This document shows, one piece after another, positions 55,675 to 64,000 of a stretch of 64,000 nucleotides of DNA. The stretch covers positions 8,232 to 72,231 of IMG/VR virus record IMGVR_UViG_3300010885_046411; one strand, given 5' to 3'. The notes below the pieces were generated by a model. That model was not told the origin of the DNA, made no database searches, and saw only the letters and a program-made list of their open reading frames with translations. The position numbers and the translations under genes were made by a program. Each line of letters starts with the position of its first letter. Position 1 is the first letter of the stretch. The stretch is from a virus.

Positions 55675-57179
55675 CAGATACCAAAGAAACACTGCTATTA
55701 CGGGCGGAGACCGTGCTTAAACAATGGGCTTTAGCCATTGCAGAAAGCTATGCCCGTGATAACGCCAATGTGGTGCTTACCGACAAGTTTAATACCTTGT
55801 GGGTGCTTACGGCGGCAATTACAAATTCCCCTACGCTGGCATTGGCTGACCAAGAAACCATCTTGGCTACGATGGTGCGTGTGGGGCGGCTGCTGCAAGT
55901 AGAGCCAGCCTCCTATGGCCCATTTACGCAGGTGATAAGCCCCATCTATGGGGCATTTGGGACACACAATAGCTTGGCGGGGTTGCAGGGGGGTAGCGTG
56001 GGGCAGTATTACCACTTAGACCTTGCTACCTATACAGCCATACAAAATGGCACGCTTTCTGTAAAGCAGGTTACTCGTGCGCAAATGATAGCCGAGCGCG
56101 ATGGTGATGGCTATACGGTTGGCTTCTATTTGATAACTAATGCCCTTGCTGTTACAGTGGGGCCAAGCACTACATATAGCCCTATACGTGTATTTGCGGA
56201 TAGCCCGACTACGTTCTTAGATGCTTATAATACCGTAGATGAACTTTATGGGGTCTATGGCCTAGACAATGGCGTTTCTGGCGTAGATACATGGTTTGTG
56301 TATGATGAGGAGATAACCCTTGCATCTGCTGATATAGATGCCCGTGTGCTTGCCTCTGCAATAGTAGTAGGCCAGAGGTATCGGATTACGGATGGAGGTG
56401 CTGGCGGCAATAAGGTGCTTATTGTTTACGGCAACAGCTCTACGACTATTACGGGCCTTGCCGAGAACATCACCGACCAAACTAGAGGCACGTATGTGCT
56501 ATCTACCCGTGCTTACACGGTTACAGGTGGCGGCGGTGGGACATGGGGCAGTATAACGGGCACTTTGTCTAGCCAGACCGATTTGCAGTCTGCGTTAAAC
56601 GCAAAGCAGAATGCACTTGGTTTTACGCCAGAAAACGTTGCTAATAAAACAGACGTAATGTCTGGCAACACTACCTCGTCTATCAAGTTCTTGTCGGCCA
56701 AAGGAGCTTATGATTGGGTAACAAGTTTCCTATCCACATGGATAAACGGCCTTACAGCTAAAACTACTCCTGTAGATGCAGATGCGGTTGCTATTTCTGA
56801 CAGTGGTGCAAGTGGGGTAAGCAAAAAAGTAACGCTAGCAAACCTGAAAGCCTACATAGTAGGGGCTGGCAGTGCCGTTGCCGCTTACACACGGGTAGTA
56901 ACAACATCTTCTTCACCCGTGATTACTCGCGCTAATCTTAATACGACTACCAGTGCGGGCGTAATCGTGATTACGGGAACCAATGCTAATCCTGTAAATA
57001 TCAGCACGGGGGCATCGTGGCAAGATGGGGATTTTTTACGATTGAAAAATACCTCTGCGTCTGCAAGCATATCTATCACGGGCAAAACAATGGATGGCTC
57101 TGGCCCAAGCACACTGCCACCTAGGGCATCGGTTGATTTGGTCTTTGACACCACACTAGACACTTTTTCTATCCTTTAA
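55668..57179 (+). CDS. tail fibre protein
   Basis: HNSLAGLQGG...YYHL and WGSITGTLSSQTDLQSALNAKQ fibre motifs. Confidence 0.75.
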   Translation: MLTDTKETLLLRAETVLKQWALAIAESYARDNANVVLTDKFNTLWVLTAAITNSPTLALADQETILATMVRVGRLLQVEPASYGPFTQVISPIYGAFGTHNSLAGLQGGSVGQYYHLDLATYTAIQNGTLSVKQVTRAQMIAERDGDGYTVGFYLITNALAVTVGPSTTYSPIRVFADSPTTFLDAYNTVDELYGVYGLDNGVSGVDTWFVYDEEITLASADIDARVLASAIVVGQRYRITDGGAGGNKVLIVYGNSSTTITGLAENITDQTRGTYVLSTRAYTVTGGGGGTWGSITGTLSSQTDLQSALNAKQNALGFTPENVANKTDVMSGNTTSSIKFLSAKGAYDWVTSFLSTWINGLTAKTTPVDADAVAISDSGASGVSKKVTLANLKAYIVGAGSAVAAYTRVVTTSSSPVITRANLNTTTSAGVIVITGTNANPVNISTGASWQDGDFLRLKNTSASASISITGKTMDGSGPSTLPPRASVDLVFDTTLDTFSIL

Positions 57180-57181
57180 TC

Positions 57182-59590
57182 ATGGCATACGAACCATCAA
57201 ACGGCGGCAACGCTGACGACGCAAAAGCAACCAACTCCACGGGGTCTTGGAGCTTGACTTCATTGCAGAAGTATGCGGTTGATTTGCTCAATCAAATACT
57301 TAATAAGCAATCTACCGACCCATCCACTGCCACCAAGCAAGACACGGGCAATACCGCTCTTACTTCTTTGAATACGGCTATTGGCGCGCCTGCCGATACT
57401 GCCGCAACCACAGACACAGGGACATTTAGCTTAATCGCGTTGTTTAAACGATTGCTAGGGAAGTTCCCCACACTTGTTACAGGTAGGTGGCCTGTAGATG
57501 GCTCTGGTGTAACACAGCCTGTAAGCCTTTCCAGTGTTCCTCTTGCCACAGATGCGGCAACGGCTACAAATCAAGCAACGGCTAACACTAGCCTCAGCAA
57601 CATAGACGCGGATTTAGGTTCTCCAGCCGATGCCAAGGCTACAGATTCTTCATCTTCTTGGTCTATTATTGCTATACTCAAAGGGCTCTGGGATTTAGTA
57701 AACACAAAAACGGCTACGTCTGCATTACAGACAACGGGCAATGCGAGTGTTGGCAATCTTGACACAAACATTGGTGCTAAGGCAGATACGTCAGCAAGTT
57801 CTGATACTGGTACATTTAGCTTAATTGCATTAGTAAAAAGATTACTTGGAAAAGTACCTGATAAAGGTTCTTCTAACGCAGCAGGTTCTATGCCTGTAAT
57901 TGATGCAATTGAAACGGTTACTGGAAATCTTGTTTTAAATACAGATTATGTTGAAATAACATTAAACGGTGCAAGTGTTCTTTCTATTCAATTGAGTGGA
58001 GGAAGTAGCTCAGGATTATCTGTTTGGTTCAGCAATGATGGAACAAATTTTGTAACTTATTCAGGTGCAAATAATTATGGGGATTTGTTTAATGTATCTC
58101 TTGGACGATATAGCACTGGAATGCAGCCTGATGGGATATATAGTATCAATTGCGGTGGATTTAAAAAAGCTAGAGTTACTGGAGCAGCTTATCAATCAGG
58201 AACTACAGTAGTTACTCTTAATGCAATACACGGAGCTGGTTTGCGAGACAATACTTATTGGACAATACAAGCAATACAAGCTATAAGTGATAATATAACA
58301 ATCTCTAACACAAGTTTATTAAGTTTAGATGGTAAAACCCCTGTTTTAGGAATAAACCCGCCGTCATCATCTTGGCCTGTCGTCTTACCTAAACAACAAT
58401 CTATAACAGGTGTTAATGCTGCCACATCTACAACCTATAACAACTTATTAGACGCCACTGGCGCAACCGCCACAGATGTTACTGCTTATAGCTCTGTAAC
58501 ATTGTCCGTAGTATCTGGGGCATCAACTGGTAGTTATATTGTAGAAGGAGCATTTGATTCTGGCTTTACGATAGGCTCTCGCACCTTACAGATTTTTGAA
58601 GAAACAGTACAAAACGCCAACCCAATAATTGCGGCCATTACCCCAACGGCTGCAACTAGGACATTTAAGATAAATACACAAGGCGTAAACTATTTGCGTG
58701 TTCGTCTATCAACGGGTGTAACCTCTGGCGCATTACGGGCCTACGCTGTTCTTAGCCAATTTCCCTTTAACCCAGCTCAACTCAACGTACAGCAAGCAAC
58801 GGCGGGAAGCCTTAACGCCACCGTAAGCATTGCCGCTACACAAACCTTAGCAACCGTAACTACCGTAGGCTCTATAACAACATTGCCTACCCTTGCAAAC
58901 GTAACTACGGTAGCCTCTGTTACGTCTGGCAACCAAGGCATACCGTCGAGCATTACAGATGCAGCAAGTGCGGCAACAGGTTCGGTTACAACAAGTACGA
59001 TAACTCCCACATTTGGTACTGCCTATCAGGTGGCGATACCTGTTACCGCTGTTACTGGTTCGGGTATAATAGATGTTGTTGTGCAGGAATCCTACGATGG
59101 TGGCACAAACTGGTTTAACGTATATCAGTTTGAGCGTATTAGCGCAACGGGCATGTACACTAGCCCTCATCTAAGATTGCGAGGCAGTAGGGTGCGTTAC
59201 GTTCAAACGCTTGTATCTGGCACAAGCGTTACCCGTGCAATTCTTCGCCTTCAAACCAACACACTGCCCGTTCCTATTACTCAGATGTACGATAGGGCAC
59301 TTGTGGTAGGTACTATTAGCAGCAAATCTGCTACGGTTATACAGACACAAGGGTCTTCAAACTTGCAGTTGGTTTGTTTCCTTTCGGTTGTTGGCACTTT
59401 GCTTGTATTGAACTTAGAAGGCAGCGATGACAATACAAACTGGTACACGATACCTGGCACGCTGACACCTGGCGCATCTGCCGTATCTCAATTAACCGTA
59501 AATAACATCAATGCCCAGTTTGTAAGGGCCAACGTAACCACCGCTGGCAGTGGTGTAACTTTAGGGTACATTATTTTAAAAGCGTTTTAA
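57182..59590 (+). CDS. tail fibre/spike protein
   Basis: Thr/Ser-rich; four ADxxAT..GxFSLIALxKRL-type repeats; beta-sandwich-like C-terminal units (SxDG.NW..VR). Confidence 0.7.
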   Translation: MAYEPSNGGNADDAKATNSTGSWSLTSLQKYAVDLLNQILNKQSTDPSTATKQDTGNTALTSLNTAIGAPADTAATTDTGTFSLIALFKRLLGKFPTLVTGRWPVDGSGVTQPVSLSSVPLATDAATATNQATANTSLSNIDADLGSPADAKATDSSSSWSIIAILKGLWDLVNTKTATSALQTTGNASVGNLDTNIGAKADTSASSDTGTFSLIALVKRLLGKVPDKGSSNAAGSMPVIDAIETVTGNLVLNTDYVEITLNGASVLSIQLSGGSSSGLSVWFSNDGTNFVTYSGANNYGDLFNVSLGRYSTGMQPDGIYSINCGGFKKARVTGAAYQSGTTVVTLNAIHGAGLRDNTYWTIQAIQAISDNITISNTSLLSLDGKTPVLGINPPSSSWPVVLPKQQSITGVNAATSTTYNNLLDATGATATDVTAYSSVTLSVVSGASTGSYIVEGAFDSGFTIGSRTLQIFEETVQNANPIIAAITPTAATRTFKINTQGVNYLRVRLSTGVTSGALRAYAVLSQFPFNPAQLNVQQATAGSLNATVSIAATQTLATVTTVGSITTLPTLANVTTVASVTSGNQGIPSSITDAASAATGSVTTSTITPTFGTAYQVAIPVTAVTGSGIIDVVVQESYDGGTNWFNVYQFERISATGMYTSPHLRLRGSRVRYVQTLVSGTSVTRAILRLQTNTLPVPITQMYDRALVVGTISSKSATVIQTQGSSNLQLVCFLSVVGTLLVLNLEGSDDNTNWYTIPGTLTPGASAVSQLTVNNINAQFVRANVTTAGSGVTLGYIILKAF

Positions 59591-59591
59591 C

Positions 59592-59930
59592 ATGACAACT
59601 ATCACCTACACCCCATCTATTCGCCCGTTTGATGGCGTTAATAGAGACGGGGGAATCTTTCAGCAAGCAGGCCCTTTTGTGGAATCAGATTTAGATGCTG
59701 CCCGTGCGCAAGTAGGGCAGTGGTTATCGGAGCAGGAAGGGGTGCAGCTAGGCAACACCGAGGACATTCCTGAAAATGAACGTGGATGGTATAAGGTATT
59801 TAATGAAACAGACCCAGACACGCAAGAAGTAAAAACCTACAAGACATTTATCGGCCCTGTTGATGCCGATGAATATTGGTACGATGACAAATTGTTTACG
59901 ATTAACCGCACAGAAACACCATCCGATTAA
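59592..59930 (+). CDS. hypothetical protein (possible fibre chaperone)
   Basis: 112 aa acidic protein directly after the fibre gene. Confidence 0.55.
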   Translation: MTTITYTPSIRPFDGVNRDGGIFQQAGPFVESDLDAARAQVGQWLSEQEGVQLGNTEDIPENERGWYKVFNETDPDTQEVKTYKTFIGPVDADEYWYDDKLFTINRTETPSD

Positions 59931-59932
59931 TC

Positions 59933-60172
59933 ATGAACACACCCACAACACAGCGCGACAAATGGTACGGTAAATGGCTCACCGCTTTTGGGATATGGGC
60001 CGCTGTAATGGCCGTACTATCCACAATCGTATTTGTCTGCCTAAAACTACATGAGCAGAAGGTAGAAAAGGAATTTACACGACAGGCTAATCTTATTGCG
60101 CTGCTAATAGTTTTTGCTGTCTCAATTTTAATTGCCACTATCTGGACGGGAATCCAAAACAAGAAGCAATGA
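59933..60172 (+). CDS. small two-TM membrane protein
   Basis: two hydrophobic helices. Confidence 0.6.
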   Translation: MNTPTTQRDKWYGKWLTAFGIWAAVMAVLSTIVFVCLKLHEQKVEKEFTRQANLIALLIVFAVSILIATIWTGIQNKKQ

Positions 60173-60360
60173 ACAACGGTATCAAAACCCTTCTTACCCT
60201 AGCTGCTATAATTGCAGTGGGCCTGATTATATGGGCCGTTACGGGCGTTTACCCAGAATTGCTTTGGGCTGCTTGTACATGGGCCATTATTGCTGGCCTT
60301 GTTGTAACCGTATTTGTTGCCATTTATCACGGAGTTAAGAAATGGCTATTTGGCAAGTAA
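60169..60360 (+). CDS. small two-TM membrane protein
   Basis: two hydrophobic helices, ATGA coupling. Confidence 0.6.
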   Translation: MNNGIKTLLTLAAIIAVGLIIWAVTGVYPELLWAACTWAIIAGLVVTVFVAIYHGVKKWLFGK

Positions 60361-60728
60361 TTACAATCGCGGCATTGTTTGCAACAAGTGGAATTGTAGA
60401 AGCCTACATGGATTCATGCACGTTCCACCCTACGGCTGCTTGGCTGGCTATTAAATACCCCAAGCTATTTGGCCCTGAAAATTGGCAGTATCTTTATATT
60501 AATGGAGACCCAAAACTAGGCCGCAAATACAACTGGCTTCAAGAGCCTTTTATAACTTTCTTCAAATCGGGCTGGCACCGTCTTAAATACATCCGCATTT
60601 ATATGACTAGTTGCGCAATCTGCGCGGCACTAGGGCTGCCTTGGTGGCCGTTATGGGCTATCTTAGGCATAGCCATCCCCCAACTTCCTTTCACAATTTT
60701 CTTTGGCAATCTAACCGACAAAAAATAA
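60342..60728 (+). CDS. membrane protein
   Basis: AxMD...W...GWHxxK pattern with TM segments. Confidence 0.65.
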   Translation: MAIWQVITIAALFATSGIVEAYMDSCTFHPTAAWLAIKYPKLFGPENWQYLYINGDPKLGRKYNWLQEPFITFFKSGWHRLKYIRIYMTSCAICAALGLPWWPLWAILGIAIPQLPFTIFFGNLTDKK

Positions 60729-60729
60729 G

Positions 60730-62496
60730 ATGAAACGTTTACTCTTAACCCTTGCAATTTTGGCAACAGTTGTTGCTAATTCATTTGCGCAGATGATACC
60801 CAACACTGCGCACATATCCATGCTCAATGCCCGTATAGCTACGGGCAAGTACCGCGTAAAGGGAGACTTGTTTACCAACTCCCCCGCCGAGTACACCGAC
60901 ATGCTTATGTGGGCTAAACGCCTACGCAAAAATCAGTACGTGTTAGCAACCTACGGCGATACGGCTGGCGTTATATGGGGCGGCTACCCATGTGGATATA
61001 TTGATAGTTGCGCTGGTGGCGGCTACCCCCGCTATCAAGGCATGGCACACGATGCGGCTAGTATGATGTTCGCTATGACAGGCGATACAAGTTATGGAAA
61101 CGCCGTAGTGCGCTCTCTTATGCGCGAAGCTACGCTCGTGCCGCCATCTGGTTATAAGGGGGCTTTCGTAAGCGATTTGCCTGCCCTGCCTATTACAACA
61201 AACGGCTCCCGCAAGCCTAATGCCTTTTCATTCAGCAACGAGGCTGTTTGGCAATGCCGCCTAAACCAAGCCGCCGCCCGTGTGCGCAGCCTATTCACTC
61301 CTGAGCAATGGGCTATCTATTCAGCCTATAGCAACAGTTGGGCCAACTATTTAGGGCTGCTTATATCTAGCCGCATGGCTACAAGCGGAATGCCTAACTA
61401 CCTAGCCCTAGATATGTCTAATAGGTCGGGCATCTATACCGACAACTTTCCTCCCGATAGCAAGGTATTATACTATAGCCCCACAACGGGCGTAGGGCCA
61501 AGGGCTATGGGCAGTGGGCAAGCATTTGGGAATGTATATGCTAGTTTCGTGCAATGCCTTAGCTCCAACTATCTACTTACGGGCAACGCTGCAAGCCTTA
61601 CAAGTGTACGAGCCTTTGTAAATGCGTGGCTGTTCTTTGCTGTTTATCCCGATGGGACTACAGCCGAGTCTGTTCGCAATGGGGATTACAAGAACCCTGC
61701 TCGTGGGGCTGTTTGGTATCAGGCTATTGTGGTAGAGGCTATACTAGAGGCCGAGCTATCCTTACGCCAACGCGGGGCTACCATCATGGACATTTCCCAA
61801 ATGGGGGGCACGGCACAAACTATTGTGCTAGTAGGTACAAAGCCAAAGAATATCAAGCTAGTATTAGACAGGTATTTAACTTACTTTACCTTCTCAGACC
61901 CTCACTATAACGCCTCCCCTTATACGTGTGGCACAGCCATATTCTCACCCTATTGTGGCACACCGCCTAGCCAATATGGAGACGACTATAACACCAACTA
62001 TGTGAACATCTTTGGCATGGCCCAAGCCATCTACGCCGACACCACCTACCGCAAGGCAAGCATAGCACAAGTATCAGGCATGGTAGCCCTGCCATCAGGG
62101 GGTTATTCGCCAGCCCGTGAGCAGCAATCTTGGTTTAACGGCACGGGGTCGCAGATATGGCCTGGCATTTATTCTGTATGGTCTAACCAAGATTTATCGG
62201 GCGCATATAGCACTAGCCTAGCCATCATAGGCGGGGGCATTAAGCCCTTTGGTACTAAGTCGGCGCAACTGCAAGCCTCTGGGGCTGCATCGTATAAGTG
62301 GGAACGTGTTGCCGCCGATGCCACTTGGAGAATATCTAGCACGACAGGCAGCTTCACAACGATTCAACCTGCCAATGGTACTACGCTAGGCAATAGCAAT
62401 GGCACCTCTAGGACGTATAGGCTGCGCTGCACGGCTAAATTGGGCAATGGCTCAACGGTTGTGCAGACGGTAGATGTCACAATTCTTGGCAGTTAA
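60730..62496 (+). CDS. secreted protein, possible alpha/alpha-toroid polysaccharide lyase-like
   Basis: Sec signal peptide MKRLLLTLAILATVVANSFA-Q; helical Tyr/Trp-rich core; Ig-like C-terminus. Confidence 0.5.
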   Translation: MKRLLLTLAILATVVANSFAQMIPNTAHISMLNARIATGKYRVKGDLFTNSPAEYTDMLMWAKRLRKNQYVLATYGDTAGVIWGGYPCGYIDSCAGGGYPRYQGMAHDAASMMFAMTGDTSYGNAVVRSLMREATLVPPSGYKGAFVSDLPALPITTNGSRKPNAFSFSNEAVWQCRLNQAAARVRSLFTPEQWAIYSAYSNSWANYLGLLISSRMATSGMPNYLALDMSNRSGIYTDNFPPDSKVLYYSPTTGVGPRAMGSGQAFGNVYASFVQCLSSNYLLTGNAASLTSVRAFVNAWLFFAVYPDGTTAESVRNGDYKNPARGAVWYQAIVVEAILEAELSLRQRGATIMDISQMGGTAQTIVLVGTKPKNIKLVLDRYLTYFTFSDPHYNASPYTCGTAIFSPYCGTPPSQYGDDYNTNYVNIFGMAQAIYADTTYRKASIAQVSGMVALPSGGYSPAREQQSWFNGTGSQIWPGIYSVWSNQDLSGAYSTSLAIIGGGIKPFGTKSAQLQASGAASYKWERVAADATWRISSTTGSFTTIQPANGTTLGNSNGTSRTYRLRCTAKLGNGSTVVQTVDVTILGS

Positions 62497-62611
62497 TGTG
62501 ACAAATCTGTCATATTTAATTGTTCTATCTTTATGTACATGATGATGCTAGTAAACATCAAAACTGGCAATTTTTAAGGCTTTTGACCTTTTCACGCATC
62601 AAAACTGCAAC

Positions 62612-63505
62612 ATGATTTTAACCCGTAGGCAGCCATCTGAAAACGTACACATCTACGAATACACTGGGGCAATAGCCCCCTTTAAGCAGGTGTTTACTGC
62701 CGATGGGCACGTAGATAACCCCGACACCGCCAAGGGGGCATTTCTGAACGTCTTAGACTATTGCCTACAAAACCAGATTGTCTGGCACCATATAGGCGAT
62801 TTGATAGATGTGATGCAGGGCAAGAGCGATAGGCGTTCATCTAAAAGCAAGATTGACGTAGCCCTAAAGCGTTCTGACTATATGAACGGCCTAATAGATA
62901 TGTTTACTGAGATGCTGGCCCCCTACGCCAGCATTTTAGGTTCTATAACGTATGGCAACCATGAGACTATTGTCATAGATAAGCTAGAGATTGATTTGCT
63001 AAAACTCATTATTCGCCGCCTGCAAGTTGAACACAATAGCCCCGTAATGTTAGGAGAGTATTCGGGGTGGATAGTAAACCGATGGGTAAGAGACGACAAG
63101 AAACTAAACCAAGCCAGCCATAAGACCTTCTATAGGCACTCTGGCGGCTCTTACGGAGAGGTAAGTAAGGGCGTGCTAGGAGTGGGCCGTATGCAGGGGA
63201 TGCAAGAGGGGGCGCACATGATAGTCTCTGGCGACAACCACGAATCTTGGCTGGTAAACGATGGCGTTACCTACTTAGACAAGCAGTTTGTTATACGCAA
63301 TAAGACCGTGCCGCACATTAAAATACCCACCTTCAAAGACGAGTTTAAGCAGGGGCAGAATAGTTACCACGTTATCAAGAACCGTAAGTATAAGCCTACG
63401 GGTCTTGTTGAGGTAACCTTCAACCCCTACAGAGATAGGGCTAACGGTGATGCCTATTACATAGAGGCCGAGCCGCAGTTGTTGAGCCTGCGTAAGTTTA
63501 CTTAG
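62612..63505 (+). CDS. calcineurin-like metallophosphoesterase
   Basis: DGH, GDLID, GNHE, RH, GDNH motifs. Confidence 0.85.
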   Translation: MILTRRQPSENVHIYEYTGAIAPFKQVFTADGHVDNPDTAKGAFLNVLDYCLQNQIVWHHIGDLIDVMQGKSDRRSSKSKIDVALKRSDYMNGLIDMFTEMLAPYASILGSITYGNHETIVIDKLEIDLLKLIIRRLQVEHNSPVMLGEYSGWIVNRWVRDDKKLNQASHKTFYRHSGGSYGEVSKGVLGVGRMQGMQEGAHMIVSGDNHESWLVNDGVTYLDKQFVIRNKTVPHIKIPTFKDEFKQGQNSYHVIKNRKYKPTGLVEVTFNPYRDRANGDAYYIEAEPQLLSLRKFT

Positions 63506-63792
63506 AACGGCAAGTCGTCGTCTGGCGGCGCAGTAGCACCCGCAGATTGGCGTATAGGCGCAGGGGCTTGCGGTGCTGCCGCCCTTTGGGCTGGCTGTTG
63601 GCCCTGCTGCTGACGAGGCGTAAGTTCAACGGTGCCAGAGAAGAACTTTCCTTTTGCGCCTTCTTTCACCCATAGGGCAATCTGTCTTTTCTCGCCATCT
63701 ATGATAGCGTACCCCTTATATTGAGGTGCCCGTTCGTTGTCGGTGTCGTTCTTGAAGATGGTAACATCTCCTTCTCTTGGTTCGTATGCCAT
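63502..63792 (-). CDS. ssDNA-binding-like protein
   Basis: FKN...PQYKG...ALW...FFSG, Q/P linker, DDDLPF acidic tip; TAAATTTG-tagc-ATG. Confidence 0.7.
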   Translation of the reverse strand: MAYEPREGDVTIFKNDTDNERAPQYKGYAIIDGEKRQIALWVKEGAKGKFFSGTVELTPRQQQGQQPAQRAAAPQAPAPIRQSAGATAPPDDDLPF

Positions 63793-63831
63793 GCTACAAA
63801 TTTAATACATCGGATTGATTCTCAAAAGCAT

Positions 63832-64000
63832 TTACAAGGTTTCGCCCAAATTTATTTTGGGTTTATAAGAGCGCATGAGCGTATCCGTCTCTTTATCTAC
63901 AACGATATTGCCATAGGTCTGTATCACCCACATACGAAATGCTGTCCACGTCTTAAACTGCCTAAGCAATACGATAGCATCAAAGTCTGCTGGCACACGC
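63832..64000 (-). CDS. 3' end of a hypothetical gene entering from the right edge
   Basis: open frame ...RVPADFDAIVLLRQFKTW...LGETL then stop. Confidence 0.45.
   Translation of the reverse strand, partial: RVPADFDAIVLLRQFKTWTAFRMWVIQTYGNIVVDKETDTLMRSYKPKINLGETL

Noticed and set aside
55668-59590. Diversity-generating retroelement acting on the fibres
   Set aside because: No reverse transcriptase and no adenine-specific TR/VR pair seen in this window
1-64000. Genome-wide TAG-to-Gln recoding as in some crAss-like phages
   Set aside because: Long genes are intact in the standard code and TAG terminates terL, portal, capsid and the giant gene just before the next gene or terminator

Overview
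A 64 kb segment of a tailed dsDNA phage of Bacteroidota, related to the crAss-like (Crassvirales-type) podoviruses. The host call rests on repeated TAnnTTTG -7 promoter elements and the lack of obvious Shine-Dalgarno sites. Layout: 1-6.4 kb leftward cluster of small early-type genes; 6.4-8.1 kb non-coding control region; 8.1-10.8 kb small rightward genes; terminase large subunit and tail ring genes; an accessory island (miniature tnpB remnant, HNH gene, DNA methyltransferase, basic orphan); ejection/cargo genes including a 3889-aa polyvalent protein; muzzle/tail-stabilisation gene; glycosyltransferases, Gp157 and beta-clamp; lysis cassette; portal, scaffold and major capsid; tail fibres; membrane/secreted genes; metallophosphoesterase and SSB-like gene. 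The most notable observations are (i) a duplicated 76-nt structured element with compensatory base changes in front of two early genes, (ii) an internally deleted tnpB that appears to keep its promoter and omega-RNA-like 3' region, (iii) a giant cargo protein with two zincin-like motifs and an ADP-ribosyltransferase-like domain but no recognisable virion RNA polymerase, carrying a nested +1-frame ORF, (iv) many genes with a fixed 4-nt spacing between -7 element and start codon (leaderless-type), and (v) four dispersed glycosyltransferase-like genes. All protein family calls come from motif recognition by eye, not database searches.
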